NCBI GenBank assembly: GCA_050950505.1
Contig: JBMNHS010000001.1
Coordinates: 608,001 to 672,000 of the forward strand
Direction of reading: 5' to 3'
Origin: Candidatus Methanomethylophilaceae archaeon
GTDB taxonomy: Archaea > Thermoplasmatota > Thermoplasmata > Methanomassiliicoccales > Methanomethylophilaceae
Length of the DNA stretch: 64,000 nt
The notes below the pieces were generated by a model. That model was not told the DNA's origin, ran no database searches, and saw only the letters and a program-made list of their open reading frames with translations. Shown here piece by piece: positions 52,601-58,100 of the stretch (within the stretch, counting starts at the first letter, position 1; each line of letters opens with the position of its first letter). The position numbers and the translations under genes are program-made.

Positions 52601-52852
52601 GGTCTGTTCAACATCTTTGAAGTCAATCCCGAAACGATGGAAATCGATCAGGAAGCCTATCTGGCGGATATAGCGGAATACGGACTTTTCACCTATGAGG
52701 AATTTTCTGAGATTCTCTTTGTGCCCGAAGAAGTATTCGACATATTCCAGGCAAAATATTTCAAGATTGCAATAGGAAAGGGATTGATCGATATGGACAG
52801 ACTGGTTAAACTGGTGGAACGGTACGGCGGCATGCTGGGCATGGAACTCTGA
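37691..52852 (+). CDS. giant adhesin-like surface protein (5053 aa): signal/TM, Ig-like and helical modules, InlB B-repeats, MBG-like repeats, variable domain, C-terminal Hint domain
   Basis: Hydrophobic N-terminus; YTITFD..GG....PTRTGYTF..W repeats; Hint start GGGGS|CLSPDTLITLADG at 52145. Confidence 0.9.
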   Translation: MERLDKLGLGIWFVSLLLVSAMVVLDGTDEDSDPEDPIEYPVVGGNGGIWDRPFDEFIVTIKADCSKFTGLKINGFPVDESNYTISSGSAVITLKPDYLRTLSDGTHSLEFLFNDGNASMTLTVSVEAKILKIEELESLLADYDKDDYSEEDWTSLVDFITAAKLEIVNLEDVSEVETFDIGNVKTECDDVRTLAEIKESFLDELQNRIDGLNGTDGFNITLNGEDLTVESENTADVPDILDAISDLADILENLFGTNAKLTVNGKDFILGDVNLTELAEALLEDSDDGLPDGKEIDAEYAVSVRYENVNIGLNGILSLYAIWNINQYTITFDTDGGSSVDSIKQDYGTSVKAPAGPTRTGYSFAGWNPAIPETMPAENITITAQWSVNQYTITFDSAGGTDVDPIKQDYGTSVKAPADPTRTGYTFAGWNPAIPETMPAENITITAEWSINQYTITFDSAGGTDVDPIKQDYGTSVTAPADPTRTGYTFVEWDTEIPAKMPATDMTVTAVWKINQYTITFDNNGGAGTIPAVDKDFEETVTVPAYGFTKIGYTQIGWNTAADGSGTSYEKDGTFDMPADDITLYAVWKINQYTITFDSAGGTDVDSIEQDYGTSVTAPADPTRTGYTFVEWDTEIPAKMPATDMTVTAVWKINQYTITFDNNGGAGTIPAVDKDFEETVTVPAYGFTKIGYTQIGWNTAADGSGTSYEKDGTFDMPADDITLYAVWKINRYTITFDSAGGTDVDPIKQDYGTSVTAPADPTRTGYTFVEWDTEIPAKMPATDMTVTAVWKINQYTITFDNNGGAGTIPAVDKDFEETVTVPAYGFTKIGYTQIGWNTAADGSGTSYEKDGTFDMPADDITLYAVWKINRYTITFDSAGGTDVDSIEQDYGTSVTAPADPTRTGYTFVEWDTEIPAKMPATDMTVTAVWKINQYTITFDNNGGAGTIPAVDKDFEETVTVPAYGFTKIGYTQIGWNTAADGSGTSYEKDGTFDMPADDITLYAVWKINQYTITFDSAGGTDVDSIEQDYDTSVTAPADPTRTGYTFVEWDTEIPAKMPATDMTVTAVWKINQYTITFDNNGGAGTIPAVDKDFEETVTVPAYGFTKIGYTQIGWNTAADGSGTSYEKDGTFDMPADDITLYAVWKINRYTITFDSAGGTDVDPIKQDYGTSVTAPADPTRTGYTFVEWDTEIPAKMPATDMTVTAVWKINQYTITFDNNGGAGTIPAVDKDFEETVTVPAYGFTKIGYTQIGWNTAADGSGTSYEKDGTFDMPADDITLYAVWKINRYTITFDSAGGTDVDSIEQDYGTSVTAPADPTRTGYTFVEWDTEIPAKMPATDMTVTAVWKINQYTITFDNNGGAGTIPAVDKDFEETVTVPAYGFTKIGYTQIGWNTAADGSGTSYEKDGTFDMPADDITLYAVWKINRYTITFDSAGGTDVDSIEQDYGTSVTAPADPTRTGYTFVEWDTEIPAKMPATDMTVTAVWKINQYTITFDNNGGAGTIPAVDKDFEETVTVPAYGFTKIGYTQIGWNTAADGSGTSYEKDGTFDMPADDITLYAVWKINQYTITFDSAGGTDVDSIEQDYDTSVTAPADPTREGFVFMGWNQTVPEIMPAENLELLAIWEYPIVGGKEGMWNKPLNEFTVTVEADYSKFTGLKIDGNPVDESNYSVVSGSTIVTLNLDYLWTLGDGEYDIDILFDDGNASMILTVFADAKILKIKELDTLLAKYDENDYGEIYWTALLEYVMSAKEEISNLDDIEKVENYDTNAVEGNCDDVKTLAELKGSFLAALQDEITILNGTDGIHVALVDENITVKIKDNVSISVVFNAASEMVNALKNIVGNDSTLTINGQEFTLYDDGLLPALVTAILNETTPEEFLDKGDPVSVGYAANIAYEDANITLDGCLNFKAVGTREMLLITLQTKIDELNKTEGINVILNVEDAAVDIAVEFDDNVPIPVVLNAASNLVEILKKIVDPEESTLKLGSSDKTFTLLDEGLLPALVVALLADTTPEEFLLNKLEVSTDYIASLLHKDEYIPLEGKLSFKVIETTCEVIFRDYNGNVLKEETVIYREGATPPNNPDNKKGYRFIGWDTSYDCILTDLVITAQYEICQYTVTFYTDGGSAVDSITEDYDTSVEGPDNPVRGGYIFYGWYNSEGEEVTFPFNMPVGGLNLTAMWKIGISVPVGKELTYNGANQLGADGGTGYTLETGKNQTNVGDYTVTATLNDGYLWVIPGENGGDMYSIEPQVISWSIVKTKLTVKADDVTVIFGNEPVYTVTYIGLVGDDSESALGGKLTFNTGYDADSNVYKETYVITPSGLTSPNYDIEFISGTLTVNKIKIDVPAAISDLIYNGSEQTGVLEGEGYTLTGNYKGTDAGNYVATVTLVNGYIWIIPGENGGENTYTADPQEINWSIGQKNIAGAVVTLDGTSLVYTGFAIKPGVTSVTLDGKILVAGTEYTVSHGENINVVTGGSVVVTGEGNYTGTVTATFVITKEKLTLPAENTTLFIYTGKEQTYDISGFDPDTMGIENNTRTEAGFQTVIVSIKDKANYEWADETDDDVKFTFTISPKELDISEEFGLVAVDRVYNGNDAEFIFVFMDRVLDYTLLVNTDYTVTVTGVNGIRDVGTVTVTVTSVDGSNYSVSATKEINITPKIIELDLTGENTSKIYDGKVAVFDFEFNVNYPIYTLKENTDYTIEFLRGSYDTTDFLNVGTITVNIKPVDGSNYSVSGTMSFTILKAELTATYAGETVEYGTTPGLFVTVTGFVNGENETAAGYAAPSLINTNVNAGKYQLAPSGGEADNYTFKYVEGQLEITRVKLDKPTADPTEFVYTGNVQTYNPIGFVESTMGIENNTRTEAGSQTVTVFIKDKVNYEWADGTNVCVAFESFNILKADFSDFEVNIIVDDEERVYDGTAKTPDVTVKIDSKELEKDRDYTVSYDNNVNAGEAAKVIITGIGNFKGFTSEVFIISPKDISVTGASITGKYTFVGEAITPNPVFTDTFVTENDYSATYDDPINAGTVTVTITGKGNYTGNTTVTFTIMKKTVTVTPNAGLSKIYGDADPELTYTLDDEDALPFIKEGTVLSRVDGKNVGTYAILLGTLELCGTDNYVLEFTVGVTFEIIPKPLTEGMFVIDSQTYTGSVLTPIIISDIDCNEYTVADINPVGAGDYVVSISAVTDGNYSGSVTVKYTIEKAKLTKPVEDETVFVYSGSEQIYAPKGFDTGTMNILGNKMTYVGTQDVTVSIKNKDNYEWIDGTDAGVIFTFTIKEKIFDFSAAETSVSDTKYTGLSITFDFDGKFVDSTIDEGYTLLEGKDYVVEYTDNKNVGTATITITGKGNYEGAVIVKFKITPKEITVTPKSGQTVEYTGYAPDVKFDFPESFGTFEDFTGTLDLAKDGQPVTVYNVGEYTVVLGDLKSTDPNYELVLATGTVTFEITPKKIIATPAAGQSAEYGTGFSLEFSLSETGFTDYGGVLGLEKDNSPVTVYNVGQYVIVIGTLASTDDNYMLILAESPVIFEIFKAELIKPAKGTTEFIYTGEEQTYDISGFNPDTMDIAGNKMTDAGSQTVIVSIKDKTNYQWADKTEGDVTFTFTIGERNISDVTITIDPNANLTYTGLVIEPGITVTLDGNPFNTSNYSVSYANNINAGTATVKITAKGTNYDGTATKDFVISKAKLTATYAGESVEYGTIPGLVVTVTGFVNNENAGNAMGYNAPRLTNSNVNVGKYQLTPSDGAANNYSFDYATGTLSIIKKKVNVLIGTGQTAEYTGAAPAINYELSETVDTTVTGTLSIGEVYNVGIYNILIGTLDAGSNYELVRPETPVTFEIIPKNISGATVGAIPDQTYTGSAIIPDLVVKDGSKTLTAGTDYEVSFAGGVDNTNVGNVAVTVTGIGNYKGTVDGVTFSIIQKNISGVNVTVTFTDGVYSVTAMDGDRTLEEDVDYEVETAGNPLVKITVKGKGNYTGEVSFEIYTISFVVENGNTIADIYNLQKDDVVTLENPSREGYEFTGWYIDSEGEEVTGSNIWTFVNKAINNVITLTAVFEPCKYTITFDSAGGSTVDSITQDYMSKVNAPGYPVKTGYNFVHWKDSDGNEVIFPTAMPLGGMKLTAVWSINQYTITFDTDGGSTVDSITQDYGTTIDSLNDPTKEGYTFAGWYPIVPATMPANNFTITALWTVNQYTIELNPADGFVIEDGDGSYTVKGSYTDNSIVKDVINEILSVSIHCNDIDISDVFDISYYDMSGNEIFVLDLSKGGTTFMIRLKATPDSNEHSSFGCWVIFKYGSVTIGKESTDYLTIEDALEQASSDQTIIVKYNTSFADEDVALQVYGKTVFEVGSGVTLLLPYDGNLRSDFTDAKLDAEAGEATTPSKRDVAYVKLNVPESISLDVSGTLTVNAKRTHSSTAYQNIVSGKNYSELILNSGSRLNIEQYGVLNAIGFIYGDGHIKASGGATVLETMLISSFRGGSASLSLGLGGKVFPFEQFTIINIESDLIIEEDAVYKAHIFVYASSKYTGSDVDLIGNGADSMLCLSEGHILKKFDAATGNLTLEVEGTCNLQDINANGFSSSGLNLPFDGRWHIVVKSGSVLNINSEVSLLPGASVVVEADSVVNINGGLIVFNPYEYIYADNKTYNEFPTPNASHWYRIQPTLGYKSDTSAKLEVYGQLNVNKDGYIAGKVDVMADDVLNIEEGAETSKYIWYVGEVSTVFERAVKLWLDETYTISVTVDNPTTKVDETFSAVVTALVKSKYGTPIANKSVSFRLPGDDTVYYATTDGKGYAKITLEVTPSESGYCIIRVDVDDSFAEGIIEVTKSSGGGGSCLSPDTLITLADGTQKPVEELTGDELLLVWNMNTGTFDVAPIIFVDSDPHAEYEIIQVNFSDGTYVKVIYEHGFWDFDLNRYVYINDDCPQQYIGHWFNKQTTDADGNFAWTKVQLVDVVIYTEYTTAWSPVTAEHLCYYTNGMLSMPGGIAGLFNIFEVNPETMEIDQEAYLADIAEYGLFTYEEFSEILFVPEEVFDIFQAKYFKIAIGKGLIDMDRLVKLVERYGGMLGMEL
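38663..39040 (+). repeat. two 189-bp (63 aa) B-repeat units
   Basis: 189-nt periodicity of shadow ORFs (38728, 38917, 39106); near-identical DNA. Confidence 0.85.
39041..42481 (+). repeat. 417-bp (139 aa) tandem repeat, 8 full copies plus 1 partial
   Basis: Exact 417-nt periodicity; units differ at three polymorphic spots. Confidence 0.96.
52145..52585 (+). other. Hint (Hedgehog/intein) autoprocessing domain, lacking terminal His-Asn
   Basis: C1 motif CLSPDTLITLADG.QK.VEEL; block B-like IYEHGF; end SPVTAEHLCYYTNGMLSM. Confidence 0.8.
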
Positions 52853-53037
52853 CCCGATTCATGAAACATCGCGGTAACAGATTAGGCATCTGCAACCAAA
52901 GACACAAGTTCAAATCCATCATAGACTGCCCATGAAGTCAAAACGATACGCCGCAAAACCTCACTCAGAGAGAGTATTTTCACGTTCTTTTCATATCTTG
53001 TTAACCGTGTAACACAAATTGATTGTGTCAAAAGGGA

Positions 53038-53148
53038 TGGTCCCCACCCCCTGATTTGAACAGGGGACCTGCTGATATCGGCGGCTGTACCGGAAATTCC
53101 GGAAACACTCTACAGTCAGCCGCTCTGGCCAGACTGAGCTAGGTGGGG
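53038..53148 (-). tRNA. tRNA-Tyr(GTA) with 33-nt intron at 37/38 (53077-53109) and encoded CCA
   Basis: C1-G72 acceptor CCCCACC/GGTGGGG-A-CCA; GCTGA-CT-GTA-G[intron]A-TCAGC. Confidence 0.93.
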
Positions 53149-53200
53149 ACATCCTGTGCTATATGCAACATATTTAAAACCATTTTGGTCCGAAGCGACT

Positions 53201-53947
53201 TTATCCGAAATAATTCAGGTCCTCTTCGGAGGTTCTGCTGCTTTCGAGCTCGCGGACTTTTTGGTTCAGTTCGTCAATCATCGCCGAATGTCCGTCGAGT
53301 TCCTCGGTATCGACTTCGACTTCGAGTTTTTTGACCAAGATACCCATTACCGCGGCGGCACTTTTGTGGTCTATGAAATAACCCGCGGTCTCGCCCATTA
53401 GGCATATAGAATCTATTCCGTATATCTGACCCAGTGCAAGAAACATGGCGCTGGCACCGGCTATTCCGCCTTTGGGTTCGCCGGGTTCAAAAACAACCCC
53501 CAGCTTCTCGTAAGCCGCCTTTACCTCGACTCGGGAAACGGCACCGAGCACTCTCGGAGTTTCAATGATGGTTCCGGTTCCGTAACCTCCGAGGGTGACT
53601 ATTTCGGAAGGATCGTACTCCAGAAGGAGATTGATTATTTTCTTGCAGATTAGGAACTGACCCTCCGAAGAGGAACCCTGATAATCCCCCAGTATGAACA
53701 CCAAGTCGGTGTTTTCGGTCCGGGCGAACCAAAGTTCGTTCCTTGCGAAATCCGCAACGTTCTCTTCGTTTATCAGAACCTGCGGAGGAAAATCAGGGGA
53801 GTATATGGAAGCGAAACGTTTTGCATTCAGAGCGGACGCAAGGTAATCCGCGGCTATTTTGCCGACGTTGCCTATTCCCGGAAGTCCCTCGATGACAATG
53901 GGCTTTTCAAGTTCCGGTTTGGAATCATAAATCACGATACTTTCCAT
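53201..53947 (-). CDS. PAC2 family proteasome assembly chaperone
   Basis: [23 protein letters not shown] and CLMGET motifs; conserved nop10-PAC2 context. Confidence 0.9.
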   Translation of the reverse strand: MESIVIYDSKPELEKPIVIEGLPGIGNVGKIAADYLASALNAKRFASIYSPDFPPQVLINEENVADFARNELWFARTENTDLVFILGDYQGSSSEGQFLICKKIINLLLEYDPSEIVTLGGYGTGTIIETPRVLGAVSRVEVKAAYEKLGVVFEPGEPKGGIAGASAMFLALGQIYGIDSICLMGETAGYFIDHKSAAAVMGILVKKLEVEVDTEELDGHSAMIDELNQKVRELESSRTSEEDLNYFG

Positions 53948-54107
53948 TTTCTCCGTACTCCTCTTCAATGGCCTTGCGGCGGTATGCGCCGTAACGGTCC
54001 TCCGGAGAGTATCTCGGAGGTGCCGGCGATGACGTGACGCCACCGCAGACGGGACACGTTTCTTTGAACGTATATCTTCCGCACCCGCAACGCATCATCC
54101 TGTTCAT
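53925..54107 (-). CDS. nop10: H/ACA sRNP protein Nop10
   Basis: CGRYT....CPVCG and [14 protein letters not shown] motifs. Confidence 0.93.
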   Translation of the reverse strand: MNRMMRCGCGRYTFKETCPVCGGVTSSPAPPRYSPEDRYGAYRRKAIEEEYGENGKYRDL

Positions 54108-54121
54108 AAGCTTCATTCGTT

Positions 54122-54895
54122 TTAACGTTTGAGAGCCGCGGTTCCTCCCGCGTCTTCCAAATATTGTATGGCAGCATCCGAAACGTCTTTGAGAATTTCT
54201 TCAGCTTCCTTGTACTCTCTTGCCTTTACGACGATTCTGTATCTGGGACATCCGATACAATGGATGCCCACATCGAATTCTTCGCCTACGGCCAATCCCG
54301 CTTCCAGAGCTTCTCTGATAAGAACGACGCCGTTGGGGGCTGAGGAGGTCATCATCAGGGTGCCGTCGATCTGCACCATCGACACCGTGATGTTTTCCTT
54401 GGCGACTTCCATAAAGGCATCGGTCCACTCTCCCGAGAATTCTTCAAAAAATGTTTCAGGATCGGCCACAGCACCTTCGAAAGCTCCGTAGAGCGTTCCG
54501 TACGTGTCGACAAGATCGTTGCCGAACATGGAGTAGGTGGCATCCTCGGGCACGGACATCCGTTCCGCGATGATTTCCATGAGTTTTTCGGCTTTCTTGT
54601 CATTTTTCCAAAATTGAATTTTTTCCCTCTTCTGGTGAGCGTTCACCGATTTGAGGGAGAGGTCGATCTGACCTTTTTTAGAGTCCACGCCCAGGACTTT
54701 GCAGACTACTTTTTGTCCTTCTCTGACGTAGTCCCTGATGTATTTTACCCAGCCGGTGGCCACATCCCGTATGTGTATGAATCCTACCTTTTCGTCGTAT
54801 TCGTCCAGAGTTACGAAAGCACCGTAGTTCTTTACATCCTGAACGGAACATACGACAAGCTCGCCATACTCGGGAAAGCCCCTGGCCCTCGACAT
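54122..54895 (-). CDS. eif2a: translation initiation factor aIF-2 alpha
   Basis: S1 domain [10 protein letters not shown]...GWVKYIRD; GCPRY. Confidence 0.95.
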   Translation of the reverse strand: MSRARGFPEYGELVVCSVQDVKNYGAFVTLDEYDEKVGFIHIRDVATGWVKYIRDYVREGQKVVCKVLGVDSKKGQIDLSLKSVNAHQKREKIQFWKNDKKAEKLMEIIAERMSVPEDATYSMFGNDLVDTYGTLYGAFEGAVADPETFFEEFSGEWTDAFMEVAKENITVSMVQIDGTLMMTSSAPNGVVLIREALEAGLAVGEEFDVGIHCIGCPRYRIVVKAREYKEAEEILKDVSDAAIQYLEDAGGTAALKR

Positions 54896-55059
54896 CAGCC
54901 GACCACCTCGAGCACTTCGCCCTTAATGTCCCCTACCCCGCCTTTGGGGAAGATCAGGGTTGAACCGCAAACCAGGCATCTTACCTCTGTTGCAGGTTTT
55001 CTGAAGGCGATCTGCTCGTTTCCGCAGTCCTGACATTTGATTTTTATGAAATCGGTCAT
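54895..55059 (-). CDS. rps27e: 30S ribosomal protein S27e (absent from the ORF track, 54 aa)
   Basis: Hand translation [54 protein letters not shown]. Confidence 0.95.
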   Translation of the reverse strand: MTDFIKIKCQDCGNEQIAFRKPATEVRCLVCGSTLIFPKGGVGDIKGEVLEVVG

Positions 55060-55063
55060 TTGA

Positions 55064-55342
55064 TCACTCTGTAAGTTCGAACTTTTTGGCCCTGATGCAG
55101 CTCTTGAGATGTGCTTTCTTGCACGTGGTGCATCTGTACCTGATGTTCACTCTTTTAGTCGGTTTTTCTCTTCCTTCCGGTTTGGGTCTTGGGAAACCTC
55201 CGTATCCCGCGGTTACTTTTCTGAACCGCCTCTGACCCCATTTCAGCTCGCTGGCCTTTCTCTTTCTGACCCTCTCCACATCGTGCAGAGCGTGAGTCTC
55301 ACAGAAAGGACAGTAAGTCATAATGGCCCTGGGCATTTTCAA
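55064..55342 (-). CDS. rpl44e: 50S ribosomal protein L44e
   Basis: [18 protein letters not shown] and CTTCKK motifs; TTG start with SD GGTGA. Confidence 0.96.
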   Translation of the reverse strand: MKMPRAIMTYCPFCETHALHDVERVRKRKASELKWGQRRFRKVTAGYGGFPRPKPEGREKPTKRVNIRYRCTTCKKAHLKSCIRAKKFELTE

Positions 55343-55653
55343 TTAAATCACCTTTGTCCGTTGGACAGAACGTGCTAATAATAAAGTCCTATAAATAAAC
55401 TTACTCACAGGCATCTTATAGCGCGCGTATTGTATTGAAAAAAACACAGTGTTCGGACATATAAGAACCTGTCTCATCCGGATCGGCCGCCACCCGTCCG
55501 ATTTAAAGCTTAACGGTGACAATTTTTGTAGGGAATCAACTTACAAACGTATTTAACTATGTCTTTTTAGTAAAATCAATGGATGTTTAGTACGTCATTA
55601 TATATTTAAATTAATACAAATATTAATATAGACGTATGCCAAGTTAATATCCA

Positions 55654-56001
55654 ATGTCTGATGACGGAGTAGTACTGGCAGAATATCTATTCAATGTACT
55701 AGGCATCCGCCAGAACAGTGTTAGAATTCTGAAGCACATGGCCGCATGTGACGGAGTCACATCCGATGAGCTGGAAGCGGTGGTGGATATCAGTCAGCCG
55801 AGCATATCCATCGCGATCAAAGAACTTATTGATCACGGATGGGTAAAAGTGGATTTCATCCGTGCCCAAGGCAAAGGACGCCCCAGGCATCTGTATTCGT
55901 TGTCCAAACCCCTGTGTGAAATAGTGGATGACATCGAAGTTGAAGCCCGGGGCATTATAAATCGGATGGAAGAGGGAGTGGCGTTCCTCAGGGAGCTCTG
56001 A
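55654..56001 (+). CDS. wHTH transcriptional regulator (MarR/TrmB-like)
   Basis: TSDELE....SQPSISIAIKEL...GWV...GKGRP..Y. Confidence 0.82.
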   Translation: MSDDGVVLAEYLFNVLGIRQNSVRILKHMAACDGVTSDELEAVVDISQPSISIAIKELIDHGWVKVDFIRAQGKGRPRHLYSLSKPLCEIVDDIEVEARGIINRMEEGVAFLREL

Positions 56002-56683
56002 AAGTCTCCACTCCGTTTTCGCCGGCTATCAGCGCAACCGATGCAAGATTCAGGAACAGACCGTTTTCCACCACGCCGGGAATATTGTTTATGCTGGACT
56101 CCAGGAAATAAGGTTTCTCAATGCTTTCAAACCTGCAATCGTAAATGTAATTCCCTCCGTCTGTCAGGAAAGGCAGGTTCCCGTTCATTCTGAGTTCCGA
56201 TCTGCATCCCAATTTTTCCAAGGCGAGACCGGTGTGTTCATGTCCGAAACACAAAACTTCCACGGGGAGGGGGGTGTCGGCACCCAACACATCCACGAAT
56301 TTCGAACGGTCCGCTATGATGACTTCCATGTCCGTGGCGGAAGCTATGATTTTTTCTCTTAACAAAGCGCCGCCGAGGCCTTTGATCAATTGCAGAAGCA
56401 GATTGATTTCATCGGCTCCGTCGATGGTGACGTCGATACGTCCGGTCCCTTCAAAAGGAACGACGTTCAGACCGCAGTTTTTCCCCAATTCGGTGCTTTC
56501 TTCGGAAGTGGAAACGCAGGTGAGGGTGAGACCTTCTTCGGAGACTCTTTCACCGATACGGGTTATCGCAAAATATGCGGTGGACCCCGTTCCCAAACCG
56601 ACGGTCATGCCGTCTTCGATATATTCGTCAACGGCGGCCTCCGCTGCCATTTTTTTGTATTTATCCGTTTCAGACAAGGCCAT
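55988..56683 (-). CDS. rpiA: ribose-5-phosphate isomerase A
   Basis: GLGTGST, DGADE, KGLGGALLREK, TDGGN and PGVVENG motifs. Confidence 0.96.
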   Translation of the reverse strand: MALSETDKYKKMAAEAAVDEYIEDGMTVGLGTGSTAYFAITRIGERVSEEGLTLTCVSTSEESTELGKNCGLNVVPFEGTGRIDVTIDGADEINLLLQLIKGLGGALLREKIIASATDMEVIIADRSKFVDVLGADTPLPVEVLCFGHEHTGLALEKLGCRSELRMNGNLPFLTDGGNYIYDCRFESIEKPYFLESSINNIPGVVENGLFLNLASVALIAGENGVETFRAP

Positions 56684-57377
56684 TCAAAATCATCTCCTCG
56701 AGTCGGTCTGCCACGAAAGCGTTGATTCTTTTTCCGATTTCCTCGGAGGCTTCGGTGGTATCTCCCGCAAAGCCGTCGGGGAAACAGACTTCTGCGTTAC
56801 TGACAATCATGTATCCTTGGTCGGAGTATAATCCTATCGGACGGATTTCTTTGACCAGATCCGGGCGTATGGCCAAAACCCTGGCGGTTTCCAACATGCC
56901 TCCGTGGCCGTCCCCTCTGATGCCCTCCATGTCGGGACTGTCCGCCGCAATGTCGTAATCTGTCAGAAACATCACTTTGCAGCCGGTTTCCCTGACGAAA
57001 CGTTTGCAGGCTTCCGAACAGGCGGTCATGTGTCCCGATCCGGCGTGTCCCGTCATCACAAGAAATTTATGTATTCCTTTTTCGTGAGCGGAAACAAGAA
57101 CGTCGTACAGCAACGATCTCATGGTGTCGAAAGTGATCGAAACGGTTCCGGGCATGTTTTTGGTGGAAGAATGAAGTCCGTAGTTTATGCTTGGAAAAAC
57201 CAAAACATTCTCAATCCTCCGGGCAAGCTCTTCCGCAACCCATTCGGGTTGCACAGTATCCGCGTTCAACGGCAGATGGGGGCCGTGAGCTTCCACGGCG
57301 CCTATGACGAATATCCCGACGGGATCCTTTTTTACGGCTTCCGCGAATTCGTCACGGGTCATTTCGCCTACGTTCAT
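56670..57377 (-). CDS. creatininase family protein (ArfB-like amidohydrolase)
   Basis: GAVEAHGPHLP..D, GHAG and HGGMLET motifs. Confidence 0.83.
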   Translation of the reverse strand: MNVGEMTRDEFAEAVKKDPVGIFVIGAVEAHGPHLPLNADTVQPEWVAEELARRIENVLVFPSINYGLHSSTKNMPGTVSITFDTMRSLLYDVLVSAHEKGIHKFLVMTGHAGSGHMTACSEACKRFVRETGCKVMFLTDYDIAADSPDMEGIRGDGHGGMLETARVLAIRPDLVKEIRPIGLYSDQGYMIVSNAEVCFPDGFAGDTTEASEEIGKRINAFVADRLEEMILNGLV

Positions 57378-57425
57378 ACCCTTGAATAGGGATATGTTAA
57401 ATTAATTTGACTCTTTGAAGTCGTT

Positions 57426-58100
57426 ATGCGTTTGGCATCGTTGTTTTCCGGAGGGAAGGATTCCGTGTTCTCCATGTACCTGGCGGTACAGTCGGGGTTT
57501 GATGTGCCGTACATCGTAAGCATGAAGCCGGTGAATGACGAATCCTGGATATTTCATGTGCCTAACATTGACGCGATTCCTGCCTTGGCGGAAACCATGG
57601 AACGGACCCATATCCGGGGATACACCGACGGCACCGAAGAAGGAGACATGTCCGGACTGAAACATGCGCTGTCCGAGCTGGACGTCGACGGCATTGTCAT
57701 GGGCGCGGTCTGGTCGGATTATCAGATGGATCGGATGAACCGGGTATGCGATGAACTGGGGCTGAAAGTGTTCGCCCCTCTGTGGAGAAAGGATCAGAAC
57801 ACCGTTCTTCGGGAAATCATAGATTCCGGCATCGAAGCCGTAATCATAGGGTATTACGCAGAAGGATTCGGACCGGAATGGTTGGGCCGAAAGATAGACT
57901 CCGAAGCCATGACCGAGCTGGAAGAACTGAACCGGAGGTTCGGCGTAAGCGTCACCGGAGAGGGAGGGGAGTACGAGACGTTCGTCATCGACTCCCCCCT
58001 ACACCGGCATCCGCTGGAAATAACCTCTTCCGAAAACGTAATCGGAAGAAACGCCGGAACCATGAACATTTTCACGGTTCGGCAAGGCTCTCGGGCATGA
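57426..58100 (+). CDS. dph6: diphthine--ammonia ligase
   Basis: SGGKDS, SDYQ, PLW and GEGGEYET motifs. Confidence 0.88.
   Translation: MRLASLFSGGKDSVFSMYLAVQSGFDVPYIVSMKPVNDESWIFHVPNIDAIPALAETMERTHIRGYTDGTEEGDMSGLKHALSELDVDGIVMGAVWSDYQMDRMNRVCDELGLKVFAPLWRKDQNTVLREIIDSGIEAVIIGYYAEGFGPEWLGRKIDSEAMTELEELNRRFGVSVTGEGGEYETFVIDSPLHRHPLEITSSENVIGRNAGTMNIFTVRQGSRA

Noticed and set aside
33100-53148. Integrated element at tRNA-Tyr carrying the adhesin
   Set aside because: No integrase or transposase, and no duplicated tRNA 3' end found by eye
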